64,000 bases of DNA from an uncultured Chloroflexia bacterium (GCA_963700285.1 CAVOXA010000010.1:1856001-1920000), one strand, 5' to 3'; shown: positions 1-10,215, counted from the first letter of the stretch. A program made the numbers and translations. The notes: generated by a model not told the origin, from the letters alone.

Positions 1-1
1 T

Positions 2-124
2 GCCCCAACGGAGCCGCCTCCCATAATCATGAAGATCGATAGACCGTTCATGTTTCTCATCCGTGACGTCAAGACGGGTACCATCCTCTTTGTTGGGCGC
101 GTCATGAATCCAGCCAGTGAATAG
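2..124 (+). CDS. Serpin (serine protease inhibitor), 3' end only
   Basis: Frame from base 2 reads APTEPPPIIMKIDRPFMFLIRDVKTGTILFVGRVMNPASE*, the serpin C-terminal signature (DRPFxFxI...ILFxGRVxNP). Confidence 0.9.
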   Translation, partial: APTEPPPIIMKIDRPFMFLIRDVKTGTILFVGRVMNPASE

Positions 125-398
125 GGGTTCTTTAGCAGGTTGAGGTATATCATGGCTGGAGCAACCTGTCCTGGCCGGATACTCCTAGTCAATCATCAGA
201 CAGAAAGCCATGGCTCGCGGGATGTGCTGGTTTGTTCACAACGTCGTCACCCGCCACGCATGGTCACCCTGGAGGTCAGAGGTTACCTCGAACCCCAACA
301 GAAGTGTAGTCTTGTTGCTATCCCCGCCCGTCTCCCCAGCCAATGAGACGCTATGCAAGCACAAGATGGGCAGTCAAGGCAAACTGATCTTTTGACTT

Positions 399-943
399 GT
401 GACCAGGTACATGAGTGCACCTGCTCCAACAGCATGGTCAGCCGCTACCAGAAGCGAGTTCCTTCGGCTTCACTCAGGACAAGCTCTGGGCCGTTGTTAG
501 ACCGCTTTGACATCCACATCGAGGTCCCCCGTGTGGAAGCCGGCTCAGAAGCCGGACGAAAAGCTCTCCGGCGACCGGTTGGGGGAGCCCTCGGCCCTGT
601 TGTCGCCGAGAACAGGCGTCATCCAGGGGCGGGTGGAGGCGGCGCGAGCGCGACAGCGCCAACGATTTGAGGGGACGAGCTTGCTATCCAATGCCGACGC
701 CCTTGCCAGGCAAGCGTTGGCGCGGCCGAGGTGCGCAACTTTTGCCAGGTAGACGAAGCCGGCCGGAATCTTCTGCGAGCGGCCATGCAGCAGCTCCACA
801 TGAGCGCCCGGGCCTACAGCGAACTCTGGGTTCGCCGCATCCTCAAGCTGTCCCGGACGATTGCTGACCTGGCCGGCAGCGACGCCATCGAAACGGCGCA
901 CCTGGCGGAGGCGATCCAGTACCGGCCGCGGCGGCAGGGCTGA
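399..943 (+). pseudogene. comM: comM/yifB (Mg-chelatase-like AAA+ ATPase) 3' relic, copy 1, interrupted by 5 short insertions
   Basis: Pieces across frames: HECTCSNSMVSRYQKR, SGPLLDRFDIHIEVPRVE, EKLSGDRLGEPS, RVEAARARQRQRF, MSARAY..RILKLSRTIADLAGSDAIETAHLAEAIQYR; no 5' half. Confidence 0.9.
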
Positions 944-1003
944 GGGCACGGAAACCTACACTGGCCGATATCTCTCTGACTGGATATACCGGGGGCAACA
1001 TAG

Positions 1004-2831
1004 GTGGACGATCAGGCTGTTGAGGCAAGACTGCGGCCCGGCTCGGAGCGGGTATTGGAGGCCGTAGCTTCCGGACGTTTCGCCGGATGGCTACCGTATT
1101 CCCTTCGGCTACAGGCCGAGCGGCTGGCCCTCGTCGCCGGCTTTGACGAGCTGGTCTGTCTGGATATGCTCAACTTTGCACCGTTTGACTATCAGATCCG
1201 AGCGGCCCAGATCGCGCTGCGCCGCTTCCGCGGCCGGGGCCTGCTGTGTGACGAGGTCGGCCTGGGCAAGACCATCGAGGCCGGCCTGGTGCTCAAAGAG
1301 TACCTGGTGCGCCAGATGGTCGGCCGCGTGCTGATCGTCACCCCGCCGGCGCTGGTTGAGCAGTGGCGAGAGGAGCTGAGCAGCAAGTTCGACCTGGCCG
1401 ACTTTGTCGACCAGCCACGATCCATCGTTCCGCGACCTGGGCCCGGAGGCGTGGGCCGCCTTTCCCCGCGTCATTGCCTCCCTGGCCACGGCTCGCCGTC
1501 CCGAACACCGCCGGGCGATCACCGACATCGTCTACGATCTGGTGATCGTGGACGAGGCACACCACCTGAAGAACCGCGCCAGTGTCTCCTGGAAGTTCGT
1601 CAACGCTCTCCAGAAAAAGTACATCCTGCTGCTCACGGCCACGCCGGTACAGAACAACCTGGACGAGCTGTACAATCTGATCACGATCCTCAAACCCGGC
1701 CAGCTCAAGACACCCCGCGAGTTCCGCCGCCAGTTCGTAGTGCGGGGCGACCCGCGGCTGCCCAAGAACCGGGGGCGGCTGCGCGAGCTGCTCGCCGACG
1801 TGATGGTGCGCCACGCGCGGGGACAGGTCGGTGTTCAACTCCCACCCCGCCGCGCCCACACCGTGCGCCTGCAATTGGCGGCCGGACGAACGGGCGCTCT
1901 ACGACGACGTGAGCCACTTTGTTCGACGCTGTATCGGCCTGTCGCCGGCCGCTGACAGCGGCCGGCCAGGTACCTGCCAACGGGCCGGAGGGGGCTGAAG
2001 CGGCGCTGCCGGCCGTCCACCGCTTCACCCTGCGCACGCTCCAACGGGAGATCGGCAGCTCTCCGGCCGCCGTCCGCCCGACCCTGCTGGCGCTGGCCGA
2101 GAAGCCGGCGCTGTCCTCCCAGCGCGAGGCGCTGCTGGGCCTGGCTGATCGCGCCGGCAGCCTCGCCTCCTGGACCAAGGGCCAGGCACTGGAGCGGCTC
2201 CTGCTCTCGAAACTGGCGGCCGACGGCCAGGAGAAGCTGATCATCTTCACCCACTTCCACGCCACTCTGGATCTGCTGGCAGACCTGCTGCGGGGAATGG
2301 GCGTGGACGTGGTGACTCTACCACGGCCGGCTCTCGCGAGCGGAGAAGGACGAGGCCATCCGCCGCTTCGAGCAAAGCGCCCAGGTGCTCCTCTCGACCG
2401 AGGCCGCCGGTGAGGGACGCAACCTTCAGTTCTGCCGCCTTGATGCTCAACTTTGACCTGCCCTGGAATCCGCAGCGCATCGAGCAGCGCGTCGGCCGCA
2501 TCCACCGCGTCGGCCAGACCCGCCCGGTGGAGATTTGGAACCTCTCGGCCGAGGGCACGATCGAGGACTATCTCCTGGAAGTGCTCGACCGCAAAGCTGA
2601 ACATGTTCGAACTGGTCATCGGCGAGATGGACATGATCCTGGGCCACCTGGAGGATGAGCGCGACTTTGAGGAGATCGTGCTGGATACCTGGGTCGCGGG
2701 CCCGAACGCCGGAGGAGGTGGCGGCTGGCTTTACCCGTCTGGGCGAGGCGTTGGCCCAGGCCCGGGATGCCTATCGGCGCACCCGCGAGTACGACGAGGC
2801 GTTGTTCGGAGAGGACTTGTCTACGCTATGA
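1004..2831 (+). CDS. SNF2/DEAD-H helicase (YqhH-like), split by several frameshifts
   Basis: LCDEVGLGKTIEAG (motif I), IVDEAHHLKN (II), LLLTATPVQNNLDELYNL (III), NFDLPWNPQRIEQRVGRIHRVGQ (V-VI); last frame ends EYDEALFGEDLSTL* at 2829-2831. Confidence 0.85.
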
Positions 2832-4649
2832 GTGAGCTGGCCGACTTTGTCGCTCAACGCTCTCCGCCAGGCAGGAGGTCTCGTCGATCCGCCGGCCTTT
2901 GATCAATACGACGTGCTTTTGCCTGAGGGGTCGCCCGCCGCTGGCAGGTGCCCGCCTTTCAGCGCCTGACCTTTGCCACCGAGACCCCGGAGGCCGGGAG
3001 CGACGGCGAACCGGTCACCGCCATAGGCTATGGCCACCCGCTGGTGGAGACGCCTGGTGGAGGAGATCCGCGCCGAGCCTGCCCGCATGCAGGCCTTTAT
3101 CAACAGCGTGCGGACCGACAAGCGCGGGCTGTTCTCGCTGGCCCGCCAGGCGCTGGCCTTCCCCAACGCCCGCCTCTCGCGAAGCGCCTCGCCAGAGCGA
3201 GGTCGTGGCGACCTGCCACTATGGCGCGCTTCAATTTCAAGGCCGCCCTGATCACCGATGAGAAGCGGGAGCAGTTGGTCTCGGTGGTGATGGACGTCCA
3301 GGCGGGTTTTGCCGTGCCCGAGCTGGCGCAATTGGAGCGGCTGGTGCGCCTGGAGGACGAGCCGGCGCCAGACTGGCACCTGCCTGCGCCGGTGCGCTGG
3401 CTGCCGGGGCAGACGCCCCTGAGCCGTCCGGTGCTGGACAGACTACTCGAGCGGGCCGTTGACGCTGCCATGCAGGAATTGGCAGCACCGTTGGGGGCAC
3501 TGCGCCATCGGGCTGCCCGCTACCTGGAACTGGATCGCGCCCGTCTCCACGAATATTACGACGACATCAGCCGTGACCTGAAGCGCCGCCTCGATCGCGC
3601 CGGCGACCTGCCTCAGGACCAGGCACAGCGCCGGGCTTCTCTGGAGGACAAGCTGGCCGCGACTGACGCAGAGCGGGAGGCCAAACTGGCCGACGTCGAG
3701 GCCAAGTATCGCCCAGAGGTGGAGCTGGAACTGATCAACCTCCAGGTAATCCACCAACCCAAGGTACTCCTGCCGGTGCACATTGGCACCCGCTCGACCA
3801 CCGTCGAGCGCACCGTCGTCTGGGACCCGCTGCTGCACCGCATTGAGCCGCTGGCATGCGACGTGTGCGGGCAGTCGGCGACGCGGCTGATGCTGTGCAG
3901 CGGTGGGCACCTGGCCCACGAGCACTGCCTGCTGCCTGAGCAGTGCGTAGATTGCAAGCGGGTCTACTGCCGCCTCTGCTCCGTTCGGATGGGCCGCTGT
4001 GCGGTATGCGAGCGCCCGGTGTGTGTCCCCAGCCTGAACCGCTGCGGTGAATGCGGACGGGCAACCTGTCGCGAACACGTCGGGCTGTGTCACGCCTCTG
4101 CCGGGCTCCCGGCACGCCCCTCTCCAACCCCTACCCCCGAGCCACCGAAGAAGGAGGAGGGGCTAGACATCCCACCCCCGGCTGCCCAGCCTGCGGTGAA
4201 GGAACAGCCCGTTGCGCCCAAGGGCAAGGCCCGCCAGACCGCCAGGCCCGCCCCGAAAACGAGACAGCGTCCCATCGCCAGGGCGCCGGCCAAGGTGACT
4301 CCCTCCAAGATCGAGGTGTACGTCGAATCTGAGGAGCCCGTGGTGAATGCTTTTGTGCTGACAAAGGGAGCCAAGCAGCTGGCGGTTCGCTCCTGGAAGT
4401 GGACCGGCCAGGCCATCGCGGTCACGTGCCTCTGCGAGTTGGGGTACGCTTGCCCGTTGAACGGGAGGCTGTTGGAGCCGGACAGATGCCGCCGGCGTCG
4501 AAGCGCAGATCAGGGCCCAGATCGAGGACCTGCGCCGGGACTATGGCATTTCCACGCGGCGGGTACTCTACTATGCTTTCGTCCATGGCGTGCCTCGGCA
4601 GGTACCACGCCTGACCCTCTCGGGCGAGTGGAAGGCGAAGCAGGAGTGA
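2828..4649 (+). CDS. YqhG-like helicase partner with coiled coil, Cys-rich Zn-finger cluster, Pro/Lys linker and C-terminal CxC..C domain (frameshifted)
   Basis: ATGA overlap with helicase stop; coiled coil RARLHEYYDDISRDLKRR; CDVC/CSGGH/CVDC/CRLC/CAVC/CGEC/CREH; after an indel near 4485 the frame continues to GEWKAKQE* at 4647-4649. Confidence 0.65.
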
Positions 4650-4730
4650 CCAGGCGTCGACCTTTGCCGAATTCCGTTGGCTCAAGCTCCGCCGCTACAT
4701 ATCGGGGTACCACGGGTGGAGGTTTAGTCA

Positions 4731-5155
4731 CTGGCGGACGACCGGCTGGGCGAGCCGTCGGTAGCGATCCGGGTGCGGGTAGAGGCGGCGCTGGAGCGCC
4801 AGCACCAGCGGTTTGAGGGTACGAGCCTGCTGTCAAATGCCGACGCGCTTACCAGGCAAGCGTCTGCGCGGCCGAGGTACGCAACTTTTGCCAGGTAGAC
4901 GATGTCGTGCCATACCCAGGCACGGGCGCCGGAACCTGCTGCGGGCGGCCATGCAGCAGCTCCACATGAGCGCCCGGGCCTACAACGAACTCTGGGTTCG
5001 CCGCATCCTCATGCTGTCCAGGACAATCGCCGACCCTTCGACAGACTCAGGGCAGGCCTGGCGGGCAGTGAGGGGATCGAGACGGCGCATCCTTCGACTT
5101 TGCTCAGGACAGGCCTGCGGAGGCGATCCAGTACCGGCCGCGACGGCAAACTTGA
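4731..5155 (+). pseudogene. comM: comM/yifB 3' relic, copy 2 (direct repeat of about 565-943), interrupted by 5 short insertions
   Basis: LADDRLGEPSVAIRVRVEAALERQHQRFEGTSLLSNAD...RNLLRAAMQQLHMSARAY...RTIAD...EAIQYRPRRQT*; long identical stretches with copy 1 (e.g. gcggccatgcagcagctccacatgagcgcccgggcctac). Confidence 0.9.
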
Positions 5156-5277
5156 GACACAGGGAGAGATGTGGTGAATGAGCCTGAGCCGTTGATGCGA
5201 CTTTGGCAGTAAAACTTGGAGCAATTGGCACCACGGACCCGCCTGCTGTTGGTGTTGTCGATGGGCCGGCGTTTGCC

Positions 5278-5946
5278 TCAGTCGATGGGAATGACGTCGG
5301 CGTAGGCAAACCCACCCCGCTGCACGACCTCCCCAATCTCGACCTCAATGCGTTTCTCAAACATCGGCCCAGCAACAACGATGGTGTGAATCTCTCCGTT
5401 CTCTCCACACGGGTCAACTCCCGGGGGAAGCTCCTTCAGCAGGTCGCGTGACCACCGGCGGCCCGCGAAACTCGCTGGTAGCTTTTTGAGATCCACACTG
5501 CTGATGTATGCTTCCAGATCGGCGGCGAGCATCTGTTCGGCCAACTCGACAGTGGGGATCTGCCACAGTGGAAAGAGGGGCTCAATCCCACTACCCGCGA
5601 GCTGTCCCTCACGGTACCGACGCACGTCCTCAAGAAACAGGTCGCCGAACGCAATGCACTCCGTCCCCATGGCTGCAGCCCCGGCAACAAACTCGCCCAT
5701 GAGCTCATCGGATCGCTCGATCGTGCAGGGATCTGGTAGATTGATCGTATGGAGCGCCAGGCCAGCTGCCTCCGCTTGCCGAGAAAGCAGCTCTGTTCTT
5801 GTCGAGTGCATGGACACGCGGTTGTACCGCTCGTTCACTACGCTGAACAATCCAACAACATCAACTGTGGGATCCAGTCGCAGGACGTACAGTGCCCAGG
5901 CACTATCCTTGCCGCTACTCCAACTCAGTAACGTTTTCTTTCTCAT
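5278..5946 (-). CDS. Adenine nucleotide alpha-hydrolase / diphthamide synthase-like PP-loop ATPase
   Basis: LSWSSGKDSAWAL PP-loop; IAFGDLFLEDVRRYRE; DPCGENGEIHT. Confidence 0.9.
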   Translation of the reverse strand: MRKKTLLSWSSGKDSAWALYVLRLDPTVDVVGLFSVVNERYNRVSMHSTRTELLSRQAEAAGLALHTINLPDPCTIERSDELMGEFVAGAAAMGTECIAFGDLFLEDVRRYREGQLAGSGIEPLFPLWQIPTVELAEQMLAADLEAYISSVDLKKLPASFAGRRWSRDLLKELPPGVDPCGENGEIHTIVVAGPMFEKRIEVEIGEVVQRGGFAYADVIPID

Positions 5947-6330
5947 GGTATTCTTTGTCGAACAGCCAAGCTCATCCACCAACACAGCTTGCCGCTAATC
6001 TATCCAGCAACGTGCCTCTTCACCACCAGCGTATCAAACAAGTGCTGAATCCCGCTGGGTGCGAGAATAAGGGCAGCACCTTCTCGCCGCAGCCTGATCA
6101 AGCCGCCTCCGTAGTCAACAGCCACCTGGTCGGTTGCCTGGATGGTGTCAAAGTCTTCACCGATCAGCAGATCGCTGACGCCGTTGGGGTACCGTGCCGT
6201 CCTGGCCTTGATGATAGGTCTCGCCCAGGAGGATCAGCCGAAAGTAGTCGAGGCAGTGCTCTGGGTTGACTGTAGTCAAAGGGATGGCGTGATCGGCTGC
6301 AGCTTGCTTCACAGGTGTTTCTCTCTGTGC

Positions 6331-7731
6331 TCATACGTGGAGCCTGCTCTCCCCCAGATAGTGATATAGATGCACTGCCCTCTCGATACCGAGCCCAAAG
6401 TGGTCCAGAAGCAGATACTCGTTGGGTGCGTGGCCGTTGTCGCCAACGCCAAGACCAAAGTCCAGCATGGGAATCCCCAGTTCGCTGTGCAGCATACCTA
6501 ATACCGGTATCGAACCCCCATGCCGGAACAGGACCGCCCGCTGTCCCCATGTCGCCTCGTATGCTCGCTGCAATGCCGCAAGGGCAGGACCCTCGCTAAG
6601 CAGCTCGGCTGGCTTGCTCCTATCCACAATCTCCACCCGGATCTCCAGCGTCGGGCACTCGAAACTCATAACAAAGTCGCGGAACTTCCGGGCGATGTCG
6701 TCGGGAGCCTGGTCGGGGACGATGCGCATGCTGGCTTTCAAACCGGCCATGGCAGGGATGATGGTCATCTGACCCTCATCTGTGTAGCCGCCGTAGACGC
6801 CGGTTACATCCAGTGTCGGCTGCATCGTCGCCCGCTCCAGCACCGAGAACTCTGGTACACCCCAGAATTCAGCCACCCCAGATTTCGCCTGGAAGGACGG
6901 GATGGCGATAGGTTCCCATGCCTTCAATTGCTCCAGGACAGATGGAGAACCCTGGCGAACGTCATCATAGTATCCTGGAATCTGAATCCGTCCTTCATCG
7001 TTGTGAAACGCGGCAATGATCTTGCCAACCATGTGCGCAGGATTGTGAACGATCCCGCCAAAGGATCCCGAATGCAGGTCCCGCCGGGGCCCGGTGATGA
7101 TGACGTCCCCCGCCACAATGCCGCGTGTCGATGTTGCACACAAGGGCTGATCGGGCAACGGACCGCCATCGGAGACGAGCAGCAGATCTGCCGCTAGGAG
7201 TTCCCTGTGCTCGGCGATGAAGGCTCCCATGCTCGGTGAGCCAGCTTCCTCCTCTCCCTCAAAGAACACTTTGACGTTGACGGGGAGTTCCCCCGCGGAT
7301 CCGAGCATCGCCTCCAATGCCTTCAAGTTGATATAGGCGCCGGCCTTGTCGTCTATCACCCCACGGGCATATAGCTTGTCGTCCCGGATCGCCGGCTCAA
7401 AGGGAGGGGACTCCCACAATTCAATGGGGCCGAAAGGTTGGACGTCGTAGTGCGCATACACCAACAGCGTTGGCTGATCAGGACCTGCTTCCAGCCACTC
7501 GCCGTAGGCCACGGGATGACCTTCACTCGGCAGTACCTGGGCGTTCCTTAGCCCGATTCTGGTCATCTCGGCCACCAGCCACTCTGCCGCACGCAACACA
7601 TCGCCTGTGTAGGCCGGATTGGTGCTGATAGAGGGGATGCGCAGCAGCTGTTTAAAATCTTCCAGAAATACCCCGTAATTCTCCTGAGCATAGGCAACTG
7701 CATGCTGAATCGTTTCTTTTTGCCCTGTCAT
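6331..7731 (-). CDS. M20 family dipeptidase (DUG1/CNDP-like)
   Basis: YAHYDVQP, ARGVIDDKAG, EGEEEAGSP, DLHSGSFGG, HAPNE; start taken at MTGQKE. Confidence 0.9.
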   Translation of the reverse strand: MTGQKETIQHAVAYAQENYGVFLEDFKQLLRIPSISTNPAYTGDVLRAAEWLVAEMTRIGLRNAQVLPSEGHPVAYGEWLEAGPDQPTLLVYAHYDVQPFGPIELWESPPFEPAIRDDKLYARGVIDDKAGAYINLKALEAMLGSAGELPVNVKVFFEGEEEAGSPSMGAFIAEHRELLAADLLLVSDGGPLPDQPLCATSTRGIVAGDVIITGPRRDLHSGSFGGIVHNPAHMVGKIIAAFHNDEGRIQIPGYYDDVRQGSPSVLEQLKAWEPIAIPSFQAKSGVAEFWGVPEFSVLERATMQPTLDVTGVYGGYTDEGQMTIIPAMAGLKASMRIVPDQAPDDIARKFRDFVMSFECPTLEIRVEIVDRSKPAELLSEGPALAALQRAYEATWGQRAVLFRHGGSIPVLGMLHSELGIPMLDFGLGVGDNGHAPNEYLLLDHFGLGIERAVHLYHYLGESRLHV

Positions 7732-8238
7732 GCTAAACTCCTCTCCGAAAATCATATACGCTCCCACTGTACAAAAATCACCGGCCCGCTTACGGCTGCA
7801 GGTTAGCGCAACAGCTTGACCTCTTGGAGCATCGGTCGCAGCCAACGACCTGGAATCGGTCATTGAACATCTCCCTGCCGTCGAGGTCCGTTGGTATTGT
7901 AATCTAGATTGTAGAAATGGACAAGGCTCGAACCCCGATCAAGGCCGACATGACATGCAGAATCAGGCCGCCTGCCAACTTCCAGTGGGTGCAGTCGGTT
8001 CTCGTTCGGCCCGGGCCAAGCCAAATCCAAGGTGATTTTACCAAGTCGGCCAGGTGCTAGCAGCCTTCGTCACTTGTCAGCCTGGAGCAGCTCCAGGTAT
8101 TTGGAGTCCATTCAGCTCATGAGATGTCCCCTGTCTTGGCAACACTTTCTCATGGGTCAGCGAGTCTGCCATGGTAACATTCATTCGTGAGTCAACGAAT
8201 CCATTTCGGTAATATTCTGAATGAGTCAAATCGGCCCC

Positions 8239-8267
8239 TTGCTCGTACTCCCCACCCGTGGTATACT
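8239..8267 (+). promoter_or_regulatory. sigma70-type promoter
   Basis: TTGCTC-17bp-TATACT with extended -10 TG, about 70 nt upstream of the 8337 ATG (AGGAGG RBS). Confidence 0.55.
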
Positions 8268-8336
8268 ATGGCAGTCAAAAGAGTGGAGAGTATACCAAGT
8301 ACGGTAAGTGACTCCCTCTCAGCCTAGGAGGCAACG

Positions 8337-9173
8337 ATGCCCTATTCCTTCCAACCCGGCAAGATGTATCGCATGCCAACCCACTTTGGGCCTCGAACCG
8401 GGCCCAGGCAGGGTGCGGATGGCCTGAGTTTTGAGAACAAGGATACCCCAAAAACCACAACCGTCGCCGTCAGCTTTCTGACCAACGCGGATCAGCTTGA
8501 GGCATTACTGCCTCCAGGCTTCGAACTCGCCGGAGAGCCTGTCGTGACCGTTGAGGCGTCCTACATGACCGAGATCGAGTGGCTAGCAGGTCGCGGTTAT
8601 AATATTCTTGGCGTCTCGTTTCCCGCCACCTTTCATGGAGAACAAGACCACGTAACCGGCAGCTTTCTGACCGTCCTCTGGGAGAATCTGGCCGACCCGA
8701 TCATCACCGGCCGCGAAGAGTTGGGTTTTGCCAAGATCTACTGCGAGCTGCCAGAGCCTGTCGTCTTCCGCGGCGAAACGCACCTAACCGCCAGTTGGCT
8801 GGGCTTCAAGTTCCTCGATCTCAAGGTCAACCATCTGCGCCAACAATCCGCCGAGGAGATTGAGCGCCTGGCAAAAGTCCAGACCGGCGCTGGGATCCTC
8901 CACTACAAGTACATGCCCAGAACCGGCGAATGGGGCGCCGCCGACGTGGCCCATGCTACCCTGACGCCAGCGGCTACACCCCACCGGGTGGTCAAAGAGC
9001 GCTGGGTTGGCCAGGGCAGTGTGCAGTTCCATCAAGCCCGCTGGGAAGACATGCCCACCCAGTACAACATTGTAAACACCTTCTACGATCTGGAAGTCAT
9101 AGAACTTTGCGGTGCGAGCGTTACCAAAACGGTGGGCGGCAAAGATCTCAGCGATCAGCGGATCCTGCGATAG
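8337..9173 (+). CDS. Acetoacetate decarboxylase-like (ADC) family protein
   Basis: YRMPTHFGP N-terminus; PIITGREELGFAK Schiff-base lysine motif. Confidence 0.85.
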   Translation: MPYSFQPGKMYRMPTHFGPRTGPRQGADGLSFENKDTPKTTTVAVSFLTNADQLEALLPPGFELAGEPVVTVEASYMTEIEWLAGRGYNILGVSFPATFHGEQDHVTGSFLTVLWENLADPIITGREELGFAKIYCELPEPVVFRGETHLTASWLGFKFLDLKVNHLRQQSAEEIERLAKVQTGAGILHYKYMPRTGEWGAADVAHATLTPAATPHRVVKERWVGQGSVQFHQARWEDMPTQYNIVNTFYDLEVIELCGASVTKTVGGKDLSDQRILR

Positions 9174-9274
9174 GATCCCAGTTGCGCCACGCCTGAATCA
9201 ACGCCCGCGCCGGGTAGCCCCATGGACTGTGTTCCGGTAGAACCGGCGCGAGCGTCCTGGACAAGGAGGAGCCT

Positions 9275-10105
9275 ATGTACGATCTCAACGGGAAAGTAGC
9301 CCTGGTGACTGGTGCTGGTGGCCAACAGGGTCTGGGACGGGCCATCGCGCTGCGTCTGGCCCAGGAGGGGGCTGACGTGGTCGTCAATGACGTGGTCGCG
9401 CGACATACAAGATCGCCGGACTGGGCCGGTTTGCCCGACGTCGTCCGCGAAATTGAGGCCCTGGGCCAGGATGCCTGCGCCATTGTGGCCGACGTCTCTG
9501 ACGCGCAGCAGGTTGGAAGGATGGTCGAGCAGGCCCTACAGCGCTTTGGCCAGATTGACATTCTGGTAAACAACGCCGGCGCCCCCGCCGGCCGGGATCG
9601 CGTGCCTGTGATTGAGTTGGAGGAAGACGCCTGGGATCTCATCCAGCGTGTGAATGTCAAAGGCACATTCCTCTGCTGCAGGGCCGTCGCCCGGGCCATG
9701 ATAGCGCAGGGGCAGGGGGGCAAGATCATCAACATATCGTCGTTGGCGGGCAAGCAGGGGATGGCGCGCTTTGCCGCCTACTGTGCGTCAAAGTTCGCAG
9801 TCAGAGGTTTCACCCAGGCGCTGGCCCTGGAACTGGCCCCCCATCACATCAACGTGAATGCCATTTGTCCCGCCCTGATAGAGACGGAGCGTGTCGGCGA
9901 CATGGCGGCAGCGCTGGCGCCAGAGGGCATTTCTACAGAGGCCTACCGTGAGCAGATGCTGGCCGATGCGGCCTCGGCGACTCCGCTGGGCCGTATGGGC
10001 CAGCCCGCGGACATCGCTCAATTGGCCGCGTTTCTTGCCTCAGCGCAGTCTGATTTTCTCACCGGCCTGGCAATCACCGCCGCCGGCGGGTCCTATATGG
10101 AGTAG
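9275..10105 (+). CDS. Short-chain dehydrogenase/reductase
   Basis: VTGAGGQQGLG, NNAG, YCASK catalytic motif. Confidence 0.95.
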   Translation: MYDLNGKVALVTGAGGQQGLGRAIALRLAQEGADVVVNDVVARHTRSPDWAGLPDVVREIEALGQDACAIVADVSDAQQVGRMVEQALQRFGQIDILVNNAGAPAGRDRVPVIELEEDAWDLIQRVNVKGTFLCCRAVARAMIAQGQGGKIINISSLAGKQGMARFAAYCASKFAVRGFTQALALELAPHHINVNAICPALIETERVGDMAAALAPEGISTEAYREQMLADAASATPLGRMGQPADIAQLAAFLASAQSDFLTGLAITAAGGSYME

Positions 10106-10215
10106 GAGAAGGAGATACTCCCTCCGGGAGCGTACGGAGCCCCCCTGGGCGCCAGGGGGCAGGTAGGCTGGCGGGTCACCGTTCCCGCCAGAAAGAATCT
10201 CACAAGGAGTGAAAA

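Noticed and set aside
4650-4816. C-terminal extension of the 622-aa ORF (2948-4816)
   Set aside because: Produced by an indel near 4485; the likely true frame stops at 4649 and 4731 onward is comM relic.
5995-6240. Short open stretch on the minus strand (..RYPNGVSDLLIGEDFDTIQ..KRHVAG*)
   Set aside because: No start/RBS and no recognisable family; may be a gene remnant but cannot be supported.
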